Counted from the whole stretch's first letter, positions 1-13,692 are shown. The stretch is 63,058 nt of DNA, filler included, from Bonamia ostreae (GCA_040357525.1; 55 parts of 55 records of this genome joined end to end with filler, not necessarily neighbours in it), one strand, 5' to 3'. Translations and numbers: made by a program. Notes: generated from the letters alone by a model not told the origin.

Positions 1-67
1 TTTTTTGACGACATTTTCAATTTCTTAAAATTTTGTCGTTTTGGGTCTTTAAGATATCTCTGAAACA

Positions 68-290
68 GAAAAATTTTTGTCATTTCGACCATTTTTTTCA
101 CGGTGAAAAAATTTTTGTCTAAAAAATAATTGTCATTTCAACCATTTTTTCGAGTTGAAAAATTTTTGTCATTTCGCGAAATTTTTTTTTGTCATTTCGA
201 CCATTATTTTCGAGTTGAAAAAATTTTTGTCTAAAAAATAATTGTCATTTCAACCATTTTTTCGAGTTGAAAAATTTTAGTCGATAAAAT
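68..290. repeat. AT-rich minisatellite downstream of SMG1
   Basis: Repeated units such as aaaaatttttgtc...atttc(g/a)accatt..ttttcgagttgaaaa. Confidence 0.8.
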
Positions 291-298
291 AAAATAAT

Positions 299-1055
299 TT
301 AAATCCACGGCATCCATCCTTCATACATTAAACTCAATCTCTTTTCATCAGACGCCATTTTTACCAATTTATCTACAAAATCGTTCACATTTCTTTCGCC
401 ATTAAAATTCAATTTTCTCTCGACGCGCTTCATTATATAACTCGCATAAATTCTCTCCATCTTTTTTTCCAATCTGAAACTCGTTTTAACTTTCTGTTCA
501 AAGTTTCGATTATCACCGAAAAAGACATTAGAGATGCAATCTTGTTCAGAACTGTCGACTGAATTCAATTTTTTTAGCTTTTCTACAAACAAAATTGTTT
601 CCGTCGAAAAATTTGCGTTGATTTTAATGACATTTTTGGCGGACGAGAAAAATTTTGTGATCGACTTTTTTTCTTTTTTGCCAAAAGAATAGTTCTCTGA
701 ATTGAGATGTGCTATTTTTTCGGCGTTGGTAACAAAGATTTTGAGATTTTTCTTTTTTTTCGAATTTTTTGTGAACGGAAAAAATTAGTTTTACGAATAT
801 ATTAAAATACTTTTATTGAATTGATGTAACTGATAAACGAAAAATCTTCATCGAAAATATATTTTTTGAACGACGGGAAAATGTTGCTATCCTTTGCTAT
901 CTTCAAAAATTCTGACAAAAGTTTGGAAATGTCGCCCACAATTTTCAAAATTGAAGATGTTTGTAACAGCTTTTTAAGATCTGCTAAATTTATCTCTTCA
1001 ATCTCTTTTTGCTTTTTTGTTGTGACAATAAAAATTGATGACAAAAATTGGCAGT
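299..1055 (-). CDS. SMG1: PIKK-family kinase C-terminus with FATC domain, most like SMG1 (5' partial; intron 752-810)
   Basis: Ends YASYIMKRVERKL...VNDFVDKLVKMASDEKRLSLMYEGWMPWI*, matching the SMG1-type FATC end (YA..V.KRV..KL...MYEGWTPWI). The frame is open from 751 to 299 and joins the 802..1044 ORF through a 59-nt GT-AG intron. Confidence 0.75.
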
Positions 1056-1155
1056 NNNNNNNNNNNNNNNNNNNNNNNNNNNNNNNNNNNNNNNNNNNNT
1101 TAATTAATTAANNNNNNNNNNNNNNNNNNNNNNNNNNNNNNNNNNNNNNNNNNNN
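1056..1155. other. Artificial contig linker N44-TTAATTAATTAA-N44 (first of ~54, recurring about every 1.15 kb)
   Basis: Identical 100-nt linker with six-frame stops recurs throughout; the contigs between linkers decrease from 1055 to 1042 bp. Confidence 0.99.
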
Positions 1156-2119
1156 GTATTATGGCATTAATCACTATTTGTTATCATCACTTTTCATTGA
1201 TGTTTTGGAAACAGCACAGGTAGAAAGAGAGCCCTAAAGAACAACTGAGAAACACACACTAAATCCCAAATATACTATTTACAAGATGGTTGGTATCGTT
1301 CAAACCTCGAAAACGGGATGGTCATCAGATTTTACAATGATTCAACATTCATCGTTTAAATTGTTCCAAATATGAATTACTACTTTCTTTTCATATCACT
1401 GCAAACATCGTGATGAGAAGTAGGAGGGAAAGGCAGAAGATGGGCATATATAATCACATACACTATCTATATATTCTTTATTGGGGCTGCTGCTCAAAAC
1501 GTACTTCATTTGCATTATTTTCAGAATAAAGGAAGACATTGTCAACAAAACATCATTTCGTGATCAACATCGCCCTATTCCTGGACCCGATCTCTTGGGT
1601 CAGGAAGCAGATATTTTGATGTTGGTATATATCTGAAAACATTAATGGTTATTCATAGCATGTTGCACATAATCCCGCCCAAGGGCCTTAGCCAAGGATC
1701 ACACATTTCAAAATTCTATTAGGAATGTTCATGCTCAATGTAACTATCAATCAAGTTTGCTTTCCATATATTCAGAAATTGTGAAAAATACCATATGTTC
1801 CTAGTATAATCCATATACTATTAGCGCCACTCTAAAGACCGAATCTTTGTTTGAGAGTACATGAATTTCACAATTTTTGAAGACGCATTCATTTTCAATA
1901 TAAACATATACATGGTTTGTTTCTTGGATATTCTGCAATATAGTAGAAAGTTTTCAGATATTTGATATATTTAATAAGATGATCCCTACAGCTCAGGCTT
2001 AAACTCTAAACCCCTTCCCCGGGAATCCTGAATGTTACTATTTTACTATAATCCTCAAAATCATTACGTATCTAGTTTTAAAACAATGTATTTTTACAAT
2101 AACAATGACCAGAGGACCT

Positions 2120-2210
2120 GGGCTAGAATATGTCTTCAGTACCCCTTGTTTGCCGTGTATGTAATAGACGACTAATTGGGATCTTTGGGATGATACCGCA
2201 AAACCGAGGC
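2120..2210 (+). mobile_element. Nin-domain-type SINE fragment (host)
   Basis: gctagaata..cttcagtaccccttgtttg...gacgactaa...accgcaaaaccgagg; related pieces at 48295-48345 (-) and 56183-56201 (cttgtcgtaagaggcga). Confidence 0.55.
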
Positions 2211-2949
2211 NNNNNNNNNNNNNNNNNNNNNNNNNNNNNNNNNNNNNNNNNNNNTTAATTAATTAANNNNNNNNNNNNNNNNNNNNNNNNNNNNNNNNNN
2301 NNNNNNNNNNTAACCTTACATCCGCTAAGTTAACAATGTGCATAATCCCATGATTTTAAAATTGCATATGTTTAAAAATAGCAATGGGAATAAACACGTG
2401 CTATCAACAACGTAAATGGCGGTTATTTTTTACAATTACAAGTAGAAGTGCATGAAATTCATAAAACAATCGAGTTTAGAGTTCTTGCACTACACACTCA
2501 TTAGATGATTGACATTTAGAGTCAATGCGATATTTGGGTACCCGTAAAGCGAAATATTCACTGACCCAAGTTTTTCCATACCTGTTTATCATAGACACTG
2601 ACTCCATCCTTTATGAAACGCCAAGGTCTTGTTGGGGTATTTTCTGTTCAAATAAATTGCAAATATGATAAAAATAAACCTTGTGAGACCATTTCATACC
2701 AATATATAATCCCTTACCGGAAGAACAATTCAATACAAAAATACTTATATGCATGTATAATAGCATCGGAAAAAGTGGAAAATTAATTTAAATGCTTTCG
2801 GTCACATCTATCAAAATATCCCTTTAACATGTTAACGTGTCAAACTGTTGTTTCTTTACATCAGCAAAGTGGTTTAATTGCATAGTTCACATCAGTAAGC
2901 TTGATTTCGATTTGATAAGGACTATAGTATTTTGCTAGAAAGTTCGACT

Positions 2950-3365
2950 AAGAACAGACAAACCATACGAGGACTATGTCACCTGATTTATAATGTCTGT
3001 CCCTGCCCTCGTTTTCATACCAAATTTTCATTTTGGCTTGACAGGGTGTAAACAAAACCCTTGATAGTTTTTTTTATGCCTATCCACATGGATTGTAAAG
3101 TTTCACTTTGAAATTAGATACAAAGTCTGAAATATTATGCGCGCTTTTCTGAGTCCACCACTTTTCTTTCAGCAATTTCACAGAACCTGTAAATATATGA
3201 CCAAATCCTAATTGAAAAAGGGACTGAATCCAGGAGATATCTGGGGTGCTTCTCGCAAACAAATTAAAACAAGGTGAACTCTATCATCACAGTCTCCATC
3301 ATACTGATACAATGCATTCATCATAGTTTTAAGGGCTTGGTGAAATGTTCAGAAAATGTCTGACT
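2950..3365 (-). pseudogene. Decayed Gypsy/Ty3 LTR retrotransposon integrase C-terminal region (host)
   Basis: Frameshifted segments LREAPQISPGFSPF / LGFGHIFTGSVKLLKEKW...ISDFVSNF / QAKMKIWYENEGRDRHYKSGDIVLV match the Gypsy integrase tail pattern. Confidence 0.7.
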
Positions 3366-3611
3366 NNNNNNNNNNNNNNNNNNNNNNNNNNNNNNNNNNN
3401 NNNNNNNNNTTAATTAATTAANNNNNNNNNNNNNNNNNNNNNNNNNNNNNNNNNNNNNNNNNNNNTATTGACAGAGTGCTTGTCAACACTCAGTTCAAAT
3501 CGCACTTTGTCAATCTTGAGACAAACCATTATTATTAAATTCCACTTTAATAATATTAAATTTACTATTTCAAAATATATTGCACAACATCGAAAATCCA
3601 ACCCAGCTTTA

Positions 3612-4519
3612 ATGGCAAACTCATTTGTATTTGTACCTCCAAAAGTGTTCGTTTCTCCGTACGAGTTGATCACAGTGCAAAACGCCGGAGACAATCCAAG
3701 CGACAAACCCACTTACATCAACCCCTCCGCGTTCTACAAATTTGGCGACAAGAGCCAACACGAATTCATGTCTTCCCCGGAATCCAATTCGATCGAAGAA
3801 GAAATAAACTATTCGAAAGCGGTCGCTGATTCCATCCAGAAAAAAGCCGCCGAAAATAACAAAATCGACGTCAAGCGCAACGAAATGATCAACGGAAAAG
3901 ACAAAACCGACGCCCGAAACAACCAAAACGAACCAACCCCCAAAAAGAGCGAAAACGCGAATCGGCGGAAAAACAGAAAAAGCATCAAAATCCCGAAACA
4001 AGAAATCGGCTCGAAAGGAGAAATCAGTTCAATGAGCGACCAAGACGTAAAAATCTTGCAAATTTTCGAAACTGGAAATATGTTGTTGGCTCTTCCGGTG
4101 AACATGTTTGGAGCCAAAATCATTCCTTCCGAAGGCGCCTTCACCACTTTCGCCAAGAACAACCTTCCGTTTAGTCCGCTCGGAAGGAATCCCGCGTCGC
4201 CTCTGTCGAATCAGAACGACGCCGCCGCCGCTTTTTATGGCCAATTTAAAAACCGCTTTTTCCCGAACAGTCAAAAAACACCCGCTTCGCCTGTTTCGCA
4301 GCTGAAAAACCTCGGACAGTACACTTCGAATTTGACTGTGCGAATTCCGACTTCGCCGCTGAGTCAGTTAGCGCAAAGTCCGTCTCCGCCGGCAGAAAAA
4401 ACTGCACCGAGCTTTAAGCCAGGTGCCAAAGTCGGTTTGGCCGGGAAAAGTACGGTTCCGCCCGGCGCCCGAAATATCTTCAGAGAAACTTTCAAACCAC
4501 GCACCAAAATTCCGGCGAC
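3612..4519 (+). CDS. Hypothetical low-complexity Ser/Pro/Asn-rich protein, 3' partial (microbe)
   Basis: About 300 open codons from ATG 3612; higher GC than host contigs; repeated ASPLS/ASPVS/TSPLS motifs. Confidence 0.7.
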
Positions 4520-4621
4520 NNNNNNNNNNNNNNNNNNNNNNNNNNNNNNNNNNNNNNNNNNNNTTAATTAATTAANNNNNNNNNNNNNNNNNNNNNNNNN
4601 NNNNNNNNNNNNNNNNNNNAA

Positions 4622-5565
4622 ATGCGCCAATCCCTCATCGTCCTCACGCAGCGCCTCGAATCCGAAATGCACCAAAACCACTCCAACGCCGTCAACTACC
4701 GCAAGCGCATCGAAGACCTCACCAGCCGCAACAACATGATGGAGTTCAACTTCAAAGGACTGCAGAAGAAGATTATGCTGCAGACGCGCAAGCGAGAAAC
4801 CAAAGACGGCGCCGCGCCCGACGGTGAAGTTCTGGAGAAGAGGAAGCGAAAGTTGGAGTCGACCAGACTTGAGCTGGACGAAGTCAGGAAGAAGTACCAG
4901 CGAGTTCTGGGCGAGAACCGACATCTGAAGATGGCCGGAGACAAGTGGAAGCACAAAGGAGGAGCGATCGAAAAGCCATCAGTGGCCACGCTGGAGAAGG
5001 AAATAGTGATTGCGAAGACGCTGATCGAGCAGATAATGGTCTTGAAGAACCACCAAAACATTTTGTGTCTCAACGATTCCAAAAACCTGTTTGTTTTTAA
5101 CAAAAAAGAGACTCGCCGCTGATCAAACCGGACATAACCAACATTTTCCAGCGGCTCAGAAAATGCTGCGGCCAACTCGAAAATAATTTGGGCGACGAGA
5201 AGACGGTGGAAATGTTTTTGAGCAGGAGCGAAGACGACTTTGCGAAGGAGACGCCCAAAGACGGCTTTGTTTTTTATTTGATCTCTCTTCAATAACAGAC
5301 GGTGAGCCAGATTTTGGACAAAAGAGTGTCTCCGGAGGGGAAGACGCAGTTCTACGTTTGCTGTCCAGTCAATCCAGTTTTAGCGCGGGAAGCGGTTTTG
5401 AGTGGAGCGGGACCATCTCCGGTGTCGATCGAAGAAGGGAGCGATCCGGGCGCGTTGTGCGAACGCGTTTGGGTGGACGAGCAGAGTTTGGTCGGTTGCG
5501 AAACTTTGATTGAAAAGTTTCGCAGCGCTCGGTCGATCGAAGGGGCTGTTGAGACGAAGGAGTAA
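4622..5565 (+). CDS. Coiled-coil protein with C-terminal chromodomain (introns 5089-5108 and 5269-5298; possibly 5' partial)
   Basis: Removing 20-nt and 30-nt GT-AG introns gives one ORF ending FTVSQILDKRVSPEGKTQFYV...RVWVDEQSLVGCETLIEKFR, the chromodomain pattern with an insertion. Confidence 0.75.
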
Positions 5566-5959
5566 ATGTTGATTGAAAAAGATTTTTTTTGTGATTTTTT
5601 TGTGATTTTTTTGCAATTTTTTGTAGTTTTTTTGCGATTTTTTTTTTGTGATTTTTTAATTTTTTGTAGTTTTNNNNNNNNNNNNNNNNNNNNNNNNNNN
5701 NNNNNNNNNNNNNNNNNTTAATTAATTAANNNNNNNNNNNNNNNNNNNNNNNNNNNNNNNNNNNNNNNNNNNNTACAAGATAGTCTTATAACAATATCGA
5801 TTCCTCGTATGACAAAGACCACGTTAAACAGTTTGAACTCATAATCAAACATCCTGGATGATAGATAATCTATGTCATCTTATAAGAAGGTAGGTCAGTC
5901 AGGTATGCAAATCATCAGACGTCTCTATAAAGTCGGCTACGTAGCGCTGAATTTCCCGG

Positions 5960-6290
5960 GAGTTAATGAACCCGGAATACCCCCTGGGGCTAACTCTACT
6001 TGTTGAAATCTGTCATTGCCACACGATACCCTTCGGACAACGTTTAAATTCTGCACTTAATGACCCCGGAACACCCCCGGGCAAAACTCAATATCTTCAA
6101 TGTGATATGTCGCACGCTACCCTTTGGACAACTTTTTAATTTTGCCCCTAATGACCTCGGAACACCCCCGGGTCGAACGCTGCTCGTCGAGACCTTCAAT
6201 TTGATATGTCACAGGATATCCTTTGGGCATTTTTTTTTATTTTGCACTTAATGACCCCGAAACACCAAAATTCAAAACGTGGTCTATACT
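5960..6290. repeat. Degenerate ~90-100 bp tandem repeat (host)
   Basis: Four copies of ttaatgacccc(g)gaacaccccc(g)gg near 5963, 6057, 6148 and 6249. Confidence 0.7.
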
Positions 6291-6927
6291 GACCCACTTT
6301 ACTACTCTGGGATTCCAGAAAATACTATGTTGTAGTTTCTCGGTCATTGATCGGACCTTGAGATCTGTCACGGAGCTTTTGCAATTTTTCGTCAGTCCCT
6401 TTCATTTTTTTCAGTTCTTCTGTTATCTCATTTGTGAGTCTCAGTGACTGGATGCACAGGTCTAAGCTTAGGAATGTATCAATTCATTAATCTAAATAGT
6501 TTGCAGATAATTTGATTCCAAATCATTTTCAATGATATGACCAAAATTATTTTGAGAACACTAACCAACATTCCTTGCGTGTTTTATTTTATTTTTTGGT
6601 TTATTGGGCGATCAGAACTGTTGTTATCGGCGACAACACATGGTTGTCAGAGGCAATTCGGGCAATCTGTAAATACATGTAATGATTGATAAGGAATTGC
6701 ATGTAGAACAGTAGACACGAAAGCTGGTGTTATACTACGACACGACCTTTGTAATTGTCTGAGTCACAAATTCCAACCACCATAAGCTAATCCAGAAAGC
6801 TTGACTCGCCGCTAATTTGTCCGGGGANNNNNNNNNNNNNNNNNNNNNNNNNNNNNNNNNNNNNNNNNNNNTTAATTAATTAANNNNNNNNNNNNNNNNN
6901 NNNNNNNNNNNNNNNNNNNNNNNNNNN

Positions 6928-7869
6928 TACAAAAACAGTGAATTTTTAAAATCAAAATTTGGCAAAATATTGTAAGATAAAATGGTTAACATTATTAGTC
7001 TTAACAAATTTCATTTTGATGGAAATGTCATCGTCGACGTTTTCGATCGAAAAGTTTTTAAGAAAAATTTGAATATTCTAAAAATTAGAAAATTTAACCA
7101 AAATGACCAAATCTTCGTTGCTTCCCCCAGATTCAAATATCTTATCTTGCCAATAATAGCCAAAAGGCGATTTTTCCTCTGAAACTAAAATTATGTTTTT
7201 GTCTTTATTATAGCGACTGTATCCAAAATAAACGCTCGAGTTCCAATTTCTAAGTTTTTCGCCATTTTTTGATATTACTATTTTTCATGCAAAATTTACT
7301 TTTATTGTTGATTTAAAGTTTAAATTAAAATTGTTAAAATTATAATTTTTAAATTTGCATTTATCTTTAAAATTGGTTATTTGATGTAAACCAGAAAGAT
7401 CGACGCCAAAGTCAAATCTAAACTGCGCATTTTGAGATTTTATTTTGAATGAATCGATGAATCCATTTAATTCGAAAAACCGGTTATTCAAATTTACAGA
7501 AAATTTCTTTTTAAAATTTTGTTAATTTAATTCGCAAATTTCAAGTTTTGTCAAATTTACCTTATTCCAAACAGCCATCGCGCCATTTTTGTCTATTTTA
7601 ATTTGATCCAAATTTTCAGTAGAACGCCTCAGAGATCGTTCGAAGGAGCTGAGAATGAGACTGATTATGAAAATAACATAAGAGACAAATATCAGATTTT
7701 TCATGCTTGCAGCACTCAAAATCTCAAGACGGATTATAGGATATTTCTTCAAATTCCGCCCGACCTGTTTTTCTTCGGGGAAATTGAATGAATGAAAAAA
7801 TTGAGCTGTGTGAGAGGCGTACGACTTGGCCGTGTTTATCCATCTAAAGTTTTCGTCTTCTTCCGACAT
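6928..7869 (-). CDS. Multi-exon hypothetical membrane protein, 3' partial (microbe); weak TMEM181/Wntless-like N-terminus
   Basis: ORF 7869-7522 has IRLEILS followed by a hydrophobic segment (LIFVSYVIFIISLIL), then a GT donor and further open exons. Confidence 0.4.
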
Positions 7870-10800
7870 TAGTTTACAAAAACAAATAAGCCTTATTTTT
7901 TAACTATTAGCAATATAATAAAAGTTTTCAGAGATAGCTTAAATTTTACTGCTTTTGTTGCGTAATTGCTTTTTGTTAAATNNNNNNNNNNNNNNNNNNN
8001 NNNNNNNNNNNNNNNNNNNNNNNNNTTAATTAATTAANNNNNNNNNNNNNNNNNNNNNNNNNNNNNNNNNNNNNNNNNNNNTATTTACGTCATCAGATAC
8101 GGTTGCATCCGGCTATTCCGGCCCATTGCATATTCCATCCCCCAAAAAACTTAATACATAGAAAATCATGCATGAAAATTCCAAATATATTTAACAATAT
8201 GGGCCTAGCATTGTTCGTAAATAAAATTTATCAACATAAACATCATTACAGCAGATCTAATTAACAAACAATCAAACAGCTAACGATACAGAAATAAGTA
8301 GATAAGTAGTTCAAAAATGAAGAAAAAAAATAGAAATAAAAGAATAATTTAGAAAGTGGTGTACATTTCAGTGTTTCAATTATATCTTTCATCGAAACTT
8401 CAATCGAATCGGGTAACATTAAAATATCTATAATATTCAAAAAATATATTTCAATTATTGATTAAAACAGAGAATACAACAGTGACACTCGTTATGGCAG
8501 TAAATGTTGTTATTTAAAGAAATATCCAACAATATCCTATAAAATATCGCTAAACGTCATTAAAGTAAGAACCGAACTAATTATTAGATCAACATGTCCT
8601 ACTTAATTTTACCTTGATCGTCGGTAGAAAGAAGAAAGTGTCAGATAATGCATATAAGTCCATCTGTGTAAGAAATTAACAAAACCTATGTAGAGAAAGA
8701 TATGTGACACTGTTGAAATAAGCAAATATTAATGGTGGATGCTAAACCACAGATATATTGTACAATTAATCAAATCACATTGTGTTAATTTGTCCTTTAT
8801 GCTTGTATGTTTTGTTTTGTTTTAGTTTTTTGCTTCTTCTTTTTTTACATTTACAAAGTGGAAGGGATTAAAACCATTTGACTCGCTTTTTTTATTCAAC
8901 CGACATGTTAATTTATTATGAAGTTTCCTTCTTAATTAACATCATTCCGGTCTGGGCTTCACAAAACTATCTGAAGATCTGTCCTAAGATAGATCGTAAG
9001 AGTGGCTTAATATTTTACTTACAAAAATCCTAAGACACAACAGTACGGTTTCACAGAGGTATCTTAACTTCAAGATCTAATGATTTTGTTATACTCGTTA
9101 GATTGTAAAATATTGTTTATCATTTTTTTTAACTGNNNNNNNNNNNNNNNNNNNNNNNNNNNNNNNNNNNNNNNNNNNNTTAATTAATTAANNNNNNNNN
9201 NNNNNNNNNNNNNNNNNNNNNNNNNNNNNNNNNNNTGAATTGTTGTTACTGGACTTTGAACAGTCGTTATAACGATCTAAATAACCAATGCAACATTGTC
9301 ATATGACCACCTTCCTGTAATAACAATAATAATAATGATGATAAAAACCTTTAAAACCGATATGATACAATGACAATTAAACCATGTTGTAATTGTATCC
9401 ATTAACTGCGTCTTCGTCACCACATTCACAAGTTGATGGACGTTCTAACAGTCTGAAATCCACATACGCTATTAATGGATACGCCTGCTCATCCGTATAA
9501 CTGCATAATCCAGCACTCATAATCTACTTCAGTGTCAATCACGGCTATTCCTTCTGTACACCAGTGACAACCGTCGGGATCCTCGTCATTGTCAATGTCG
9601 TAGGCAATCATCCGGAATCTCTACCCTACCTGCTACACTCCCACACAGGTCAATAAAACATACACAAGCACAATATGATAATGATCCTAACATCGAATCA
9701 TGAAATAATTATCAGTAGAGTTTTTTCTTATCACTCAACAGAATATACACACTTTATATAAAACTATGTAGTGTTATAAAAGCAAAACCGTTTGTATGTC
9801 TATACACTGTACAAACACCAAGTAGAAACACTAAGTAAATTTCCGTGCGTATTACGTATTTTTAGCTATGGGTAAGTGCTAACTGGTCCGTTAATTTATA
9901 TAAAATGACAGTACAACAGTGGGCAAAATGAAATTATTTGAACAAAGTGAATGACAATAATTGTAAACTTAACCCGTCTGGAGATTTGCTGACCATATGA
10001 CTAAGATGTCTTCACCAAATAGCGTACATGTACGTGATTCTGATATTGTTTAAGAAAACAATTGCATGCTGCTATGGTAAAATGGAAGAATTGGGTTGAT
10101 ATAAGGCCTTTTACATTGGGTAGAACGACCCAGGTATAGTTTATCATGTTGACCAATACAAGAACTGAGATCATGTGGGTTTACACGGGGTCTTCATAAA
10201 ACGAAACATTGAGGAAAAGTAAAGGATATTTATAAAACAAACTTGAATGTGACAAACCTGTCACTCGTCGAATGCTGTCTGATATGGTTNNNNNNNNNNN
10301 NNNNNNNNNNNNNNNNNNNNNNNNNNNNNNNNNTTAATTAATTAANNNNNNNNNNNNNNNNNNNNNNNNNNNNNNNNNNNNNNNNNNNNTTTCTTTTTTC
10401 CGCTAGTATATGAAATAAGATTTGAGAAGTTGCAGAACAGATGTCTTAAAGTTAACCATGGATGTATTCTAATCAATCTGTAACTGATGTCTTACTACGT
10501 GACTAAGGAAACTGCCTAAATTAGTGTGATTTTCCCGCGCTAGTTGCTTAAGTCACAAAAAAGAACGAATCCAAAGACGTTTTTAGTTGACGCTTTATAT
10601 CAAACGTGAACTGGGCAACACTTTGCAACATGGTCCAACAGATGAGCGGTCCCTCCCCACAATTGTATACAACTGCATTGTCATAAAGTCTGACTTTGGT
10701 AGAGCTTGGACTCACGTCTCTCGTTAGTTTACCATTAGACATTAATCTAAAAGAAATTGTACAATCATTTTTTTCAGGCAGTGTAATCGATTTTCAGGCA

Positions 10801-11339
10801 CACAGCAAGAGATGGGGTAGGGATCTATCCCTTCTCCCCTCTCTCTTCCCCACTTTGATGGACAATATACTTTACCCGTCCTTTTTTCTATTTTTGCATG
10901 TATATACTTTTATGTATTAAATTCAAAGTTTGATTTACCGGCTGGTAACTTCCATCCCAATAGTAATTTGGGGTAACTTTGCAATGAAGTCTACCATCAA
11001 CAAATCATACGTCATGTGCTCGTATCAGTATGCAAATGGATATCACCTAAGCGTTATACAGGTAAATTGAACACAAACTACACCGCATAGACTTATAGAT
11101 TTGCAATGATTGCGAACATTCATTCAAGCACAAAAACCATTTAAATACCAGACACCAGAAACCAAGTCGTCTTTATTCATTGTCAAAAAGCAAATTAAAA
11201 TAAGGGTAATCTAAATCACTACATCGTGCATAAAAAGGAAGGCGGACCAAACAAGAAAAATTGTCCAGTAAACGTAAAACAAAACATTCAAACCAGCCAC
11301 TGAAAAATGACGCTCAGCTGCAGAGGACTGTGAGGGGTG

Positions 11340-11442
11340 GGTACAGACATATTGAGGTGACCACATACCTCGAGAGGTGGGCATAGACCTAGAGGGATGG
11401 ACACGAACCTGTTGAGATGGACACAGACCTAGAGAGATGGAC
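11340..11442. repeat. ~20-bp tandem repeat at contig end
   Basis: Repeated ggacacagacctagagagat-like units. Confidence 0.75.
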
Positions 11443-12697
11443 NNNNNNNNNNNNNNNNNNNNNNNNNNNNNNNNNNNNNNNNNNNNTTAATTAATTAANN
11501 NNNNNNNNNNNNNNNNNNNNNNNNNNNNNNNNNNNNNNNNNNATCCAACTGTGTGCCAAATACAGACGTGTGTAATCAAATGTAGTGTTTTGTGTGTCTG
11601 ATTATCTACGTCATTGACAGGAAGAAGAAAATAGAATAACAGAAAAATCTGTGTAGTACAGAAGGTTGAAGGAATGTCAGCTACGTCTGCACTGAAATGC
11701 AGAAATTATGAAAAAGTGACTCGCTAAACCATATATTCTGGTTGTATATATCAAGATGCATCGAATATCATGATGAGCAATGTCCCCGGGGTCATACCAA
11801 CCCCATTCATGTTTGAAAGTTCAAATATCTTGAAATTCCATCCAAGGGTGTAAATGAAGATTCTGAAACCCTGTTTCACATCTGCAGGACTCCACCAATT
11901 ACTAGTACCTTCCGAAAGATGATTTGACTACGTAAATTGTAAGAGGAGTTCTGGTGTTTTTAAACGTCGTTTTTTTTACCCCAATTCGCAATTTTCTACA
12001 ACGAACCTCAACAACTTAATTTCTACATGAGGTGTTTGCGGATCTTACGGTTCCACGCGGGTCGCCGTAGACTCTCCCCAGTCTTACGTGGTTCGTATAA
12101 CGCATTAAACTGTTTAGTTAACCATGCAGGTAAAAACTGTCTATAAGACGCACAAACGTTTTAAACACAAAAAGTTTATCACTGTATCTTGGAACTATGA
12201 GGCTCACGTTTTCTCACACCTGGGTTTAACAGAGATTTTCCTAAAAATTCCCACTAATAAAATGCGTCGTGGTTTTCAATAAATGGTATATTTCCACGGC
12301 AAATAGATATTAAACGTAACGTCATATTCAAAATGTAAAATTGTGTGTGTTGAATCGTGCATGTGTTGAATAGTGGTGTTGTTTATTTTACTTTAAGAAA
12401 AAACCCAAACAGATCATTCTGACACAAACGCTGAATATGGAAATGATCATGATAGGTGTTCCATAGAAACTGACACAACAATGGATGGAAAGGTACAATA
12501 CACACTGTGATCGCATGAATGGGATAGATGACCCTACAAAATTTTACAAATTGTTAAATTTTAGCATTTACACTTAATGGCATAGGGTCTAAGATNNNNN
12601 NNNNNNNNNNNNNNNNNNNNNNNNNNNNNNNNNNNNNNNTTAATTAATTAANNNNNNNNNNNNNNNNNNNNNNNNNNNNNNNNNNNNNNNNNNNNAA

Positions 12698-12793
12698 AAC
12701 ATCGTCACAGTTCGTAACTCTATCAGCGACTGGAAGCTAGCAGATAATGTTCGCCGACTTCCAAGGTGTGTTCCAAATAATCGAATTTGTTAA
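12698..12793 (+). CDS. 3' end of a gene ending in a CCP/sushi-like W...LPRCVP motif (5' partial)
   Basis: NIVTVRNSISDWKLADNVRRLPRCVPNNRIC*. Confidence 0.4.
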   Translation, partial: NIVTVRNSISDWKLADNVRRLPRCVPNNRIC

Positions 12794-13117
12794 GAGGAAA
12801 AAAGTTATTAATACAATAAAATCCATTTTTGTAACAAGGCGCAAATTTTAGCTATTCTGAATATTGTCAAAAATTCTCTTTACTCTTGCTTCACTTAATC
12901 AAGATAACCTTAAATTTTAAAATAAGCATTTCTTCCAATAATCAGTTAATTTTTTACACGTTGAACAGAAGATGGCGGATATCCATAAAGGTCACTTTTT
13001 GAAGACCAAACAGCAACTTTATATAAAAACGACGAAACAACGTCAAAACCGTTCATTCAAAACTCTATACAAAAAACCTAATATTGAAAGCTCAGCTGAA
13101 AGCTTAAAAATCTATTA

Positions 13118-13692
13118 ATGCTGTTATTTATAGTTTGCATCTCGACAATATGGTCCATTGACGCTCCTGGTTTGAAACTTAATCTGTGTAGCCGCTTTCC
13201 CCGGACCATGCAGCGTTCCTCCTCACGGCAACGGATTCAAAACGGTTCTTTTTGAATCCGGGAAAGGAGCACTCGTCACCTGTGACGAGAACCAAGGCAG
13301 TTACATAAAAACGCCCGGGCCAGACGACAATTCGTACGGCAAAAAACATTTCGCCAGTTATGTCTGCAAATACGATTCCTGGTTCGACGTGGATTCGGAA
13401 TACTCGAGCAAACGGTTGATGTGCATGCAGGGATGCCCTCATTTACCGCGCAGCGACTTCTTGCACGCTTTTTCGGAAGAAGGCGATTGCACTCTTTTGA
13501 ACGAAAAAGACTCAACTGCGCCTCCTTCGTACGAGACTTGTATCTTTAAGTGCATGCCGGGTTACTTTTCGAACGCGAAAGCAAAAAACCACATGAGTTC
13601 GTCTAAAATGTATTGCAAGGAACTGTACGGAAAGCCTTATTGGCCAATAAAAGACGGTTATGATTTGGAGCCATTTGTGCATTGCACTGAAG
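13118..13692 (+). CDS. Secreted Cys-rich protein with two CCP/sushi-like modules (intron 13170-13191; 3' partial)
   Basis: Signal-peptide-like MLLFIVCISTIWS, a 22-nt intron, then CSVPPHGNG..G...C...C...W...C and CPHLP...CIFKCMPGY...C...W...C; phase-1 GT donor at 13693. Confidence 0.7.

Noticed and set aside
8949-9080. TAAGA/CTTAA-rich block starting ggtctgggcttcacaaaa, with a similar start at 30255-30310
   Set aside because: Probably the end of a non-autonomous host DNA transposon; no paired TIR or TSD is visible, so it cannot be called
9380-9693. Minus-strand Cys-rich coding-like segments
   Set aside because: Needs at least two frameshifts and matches no family I recognise
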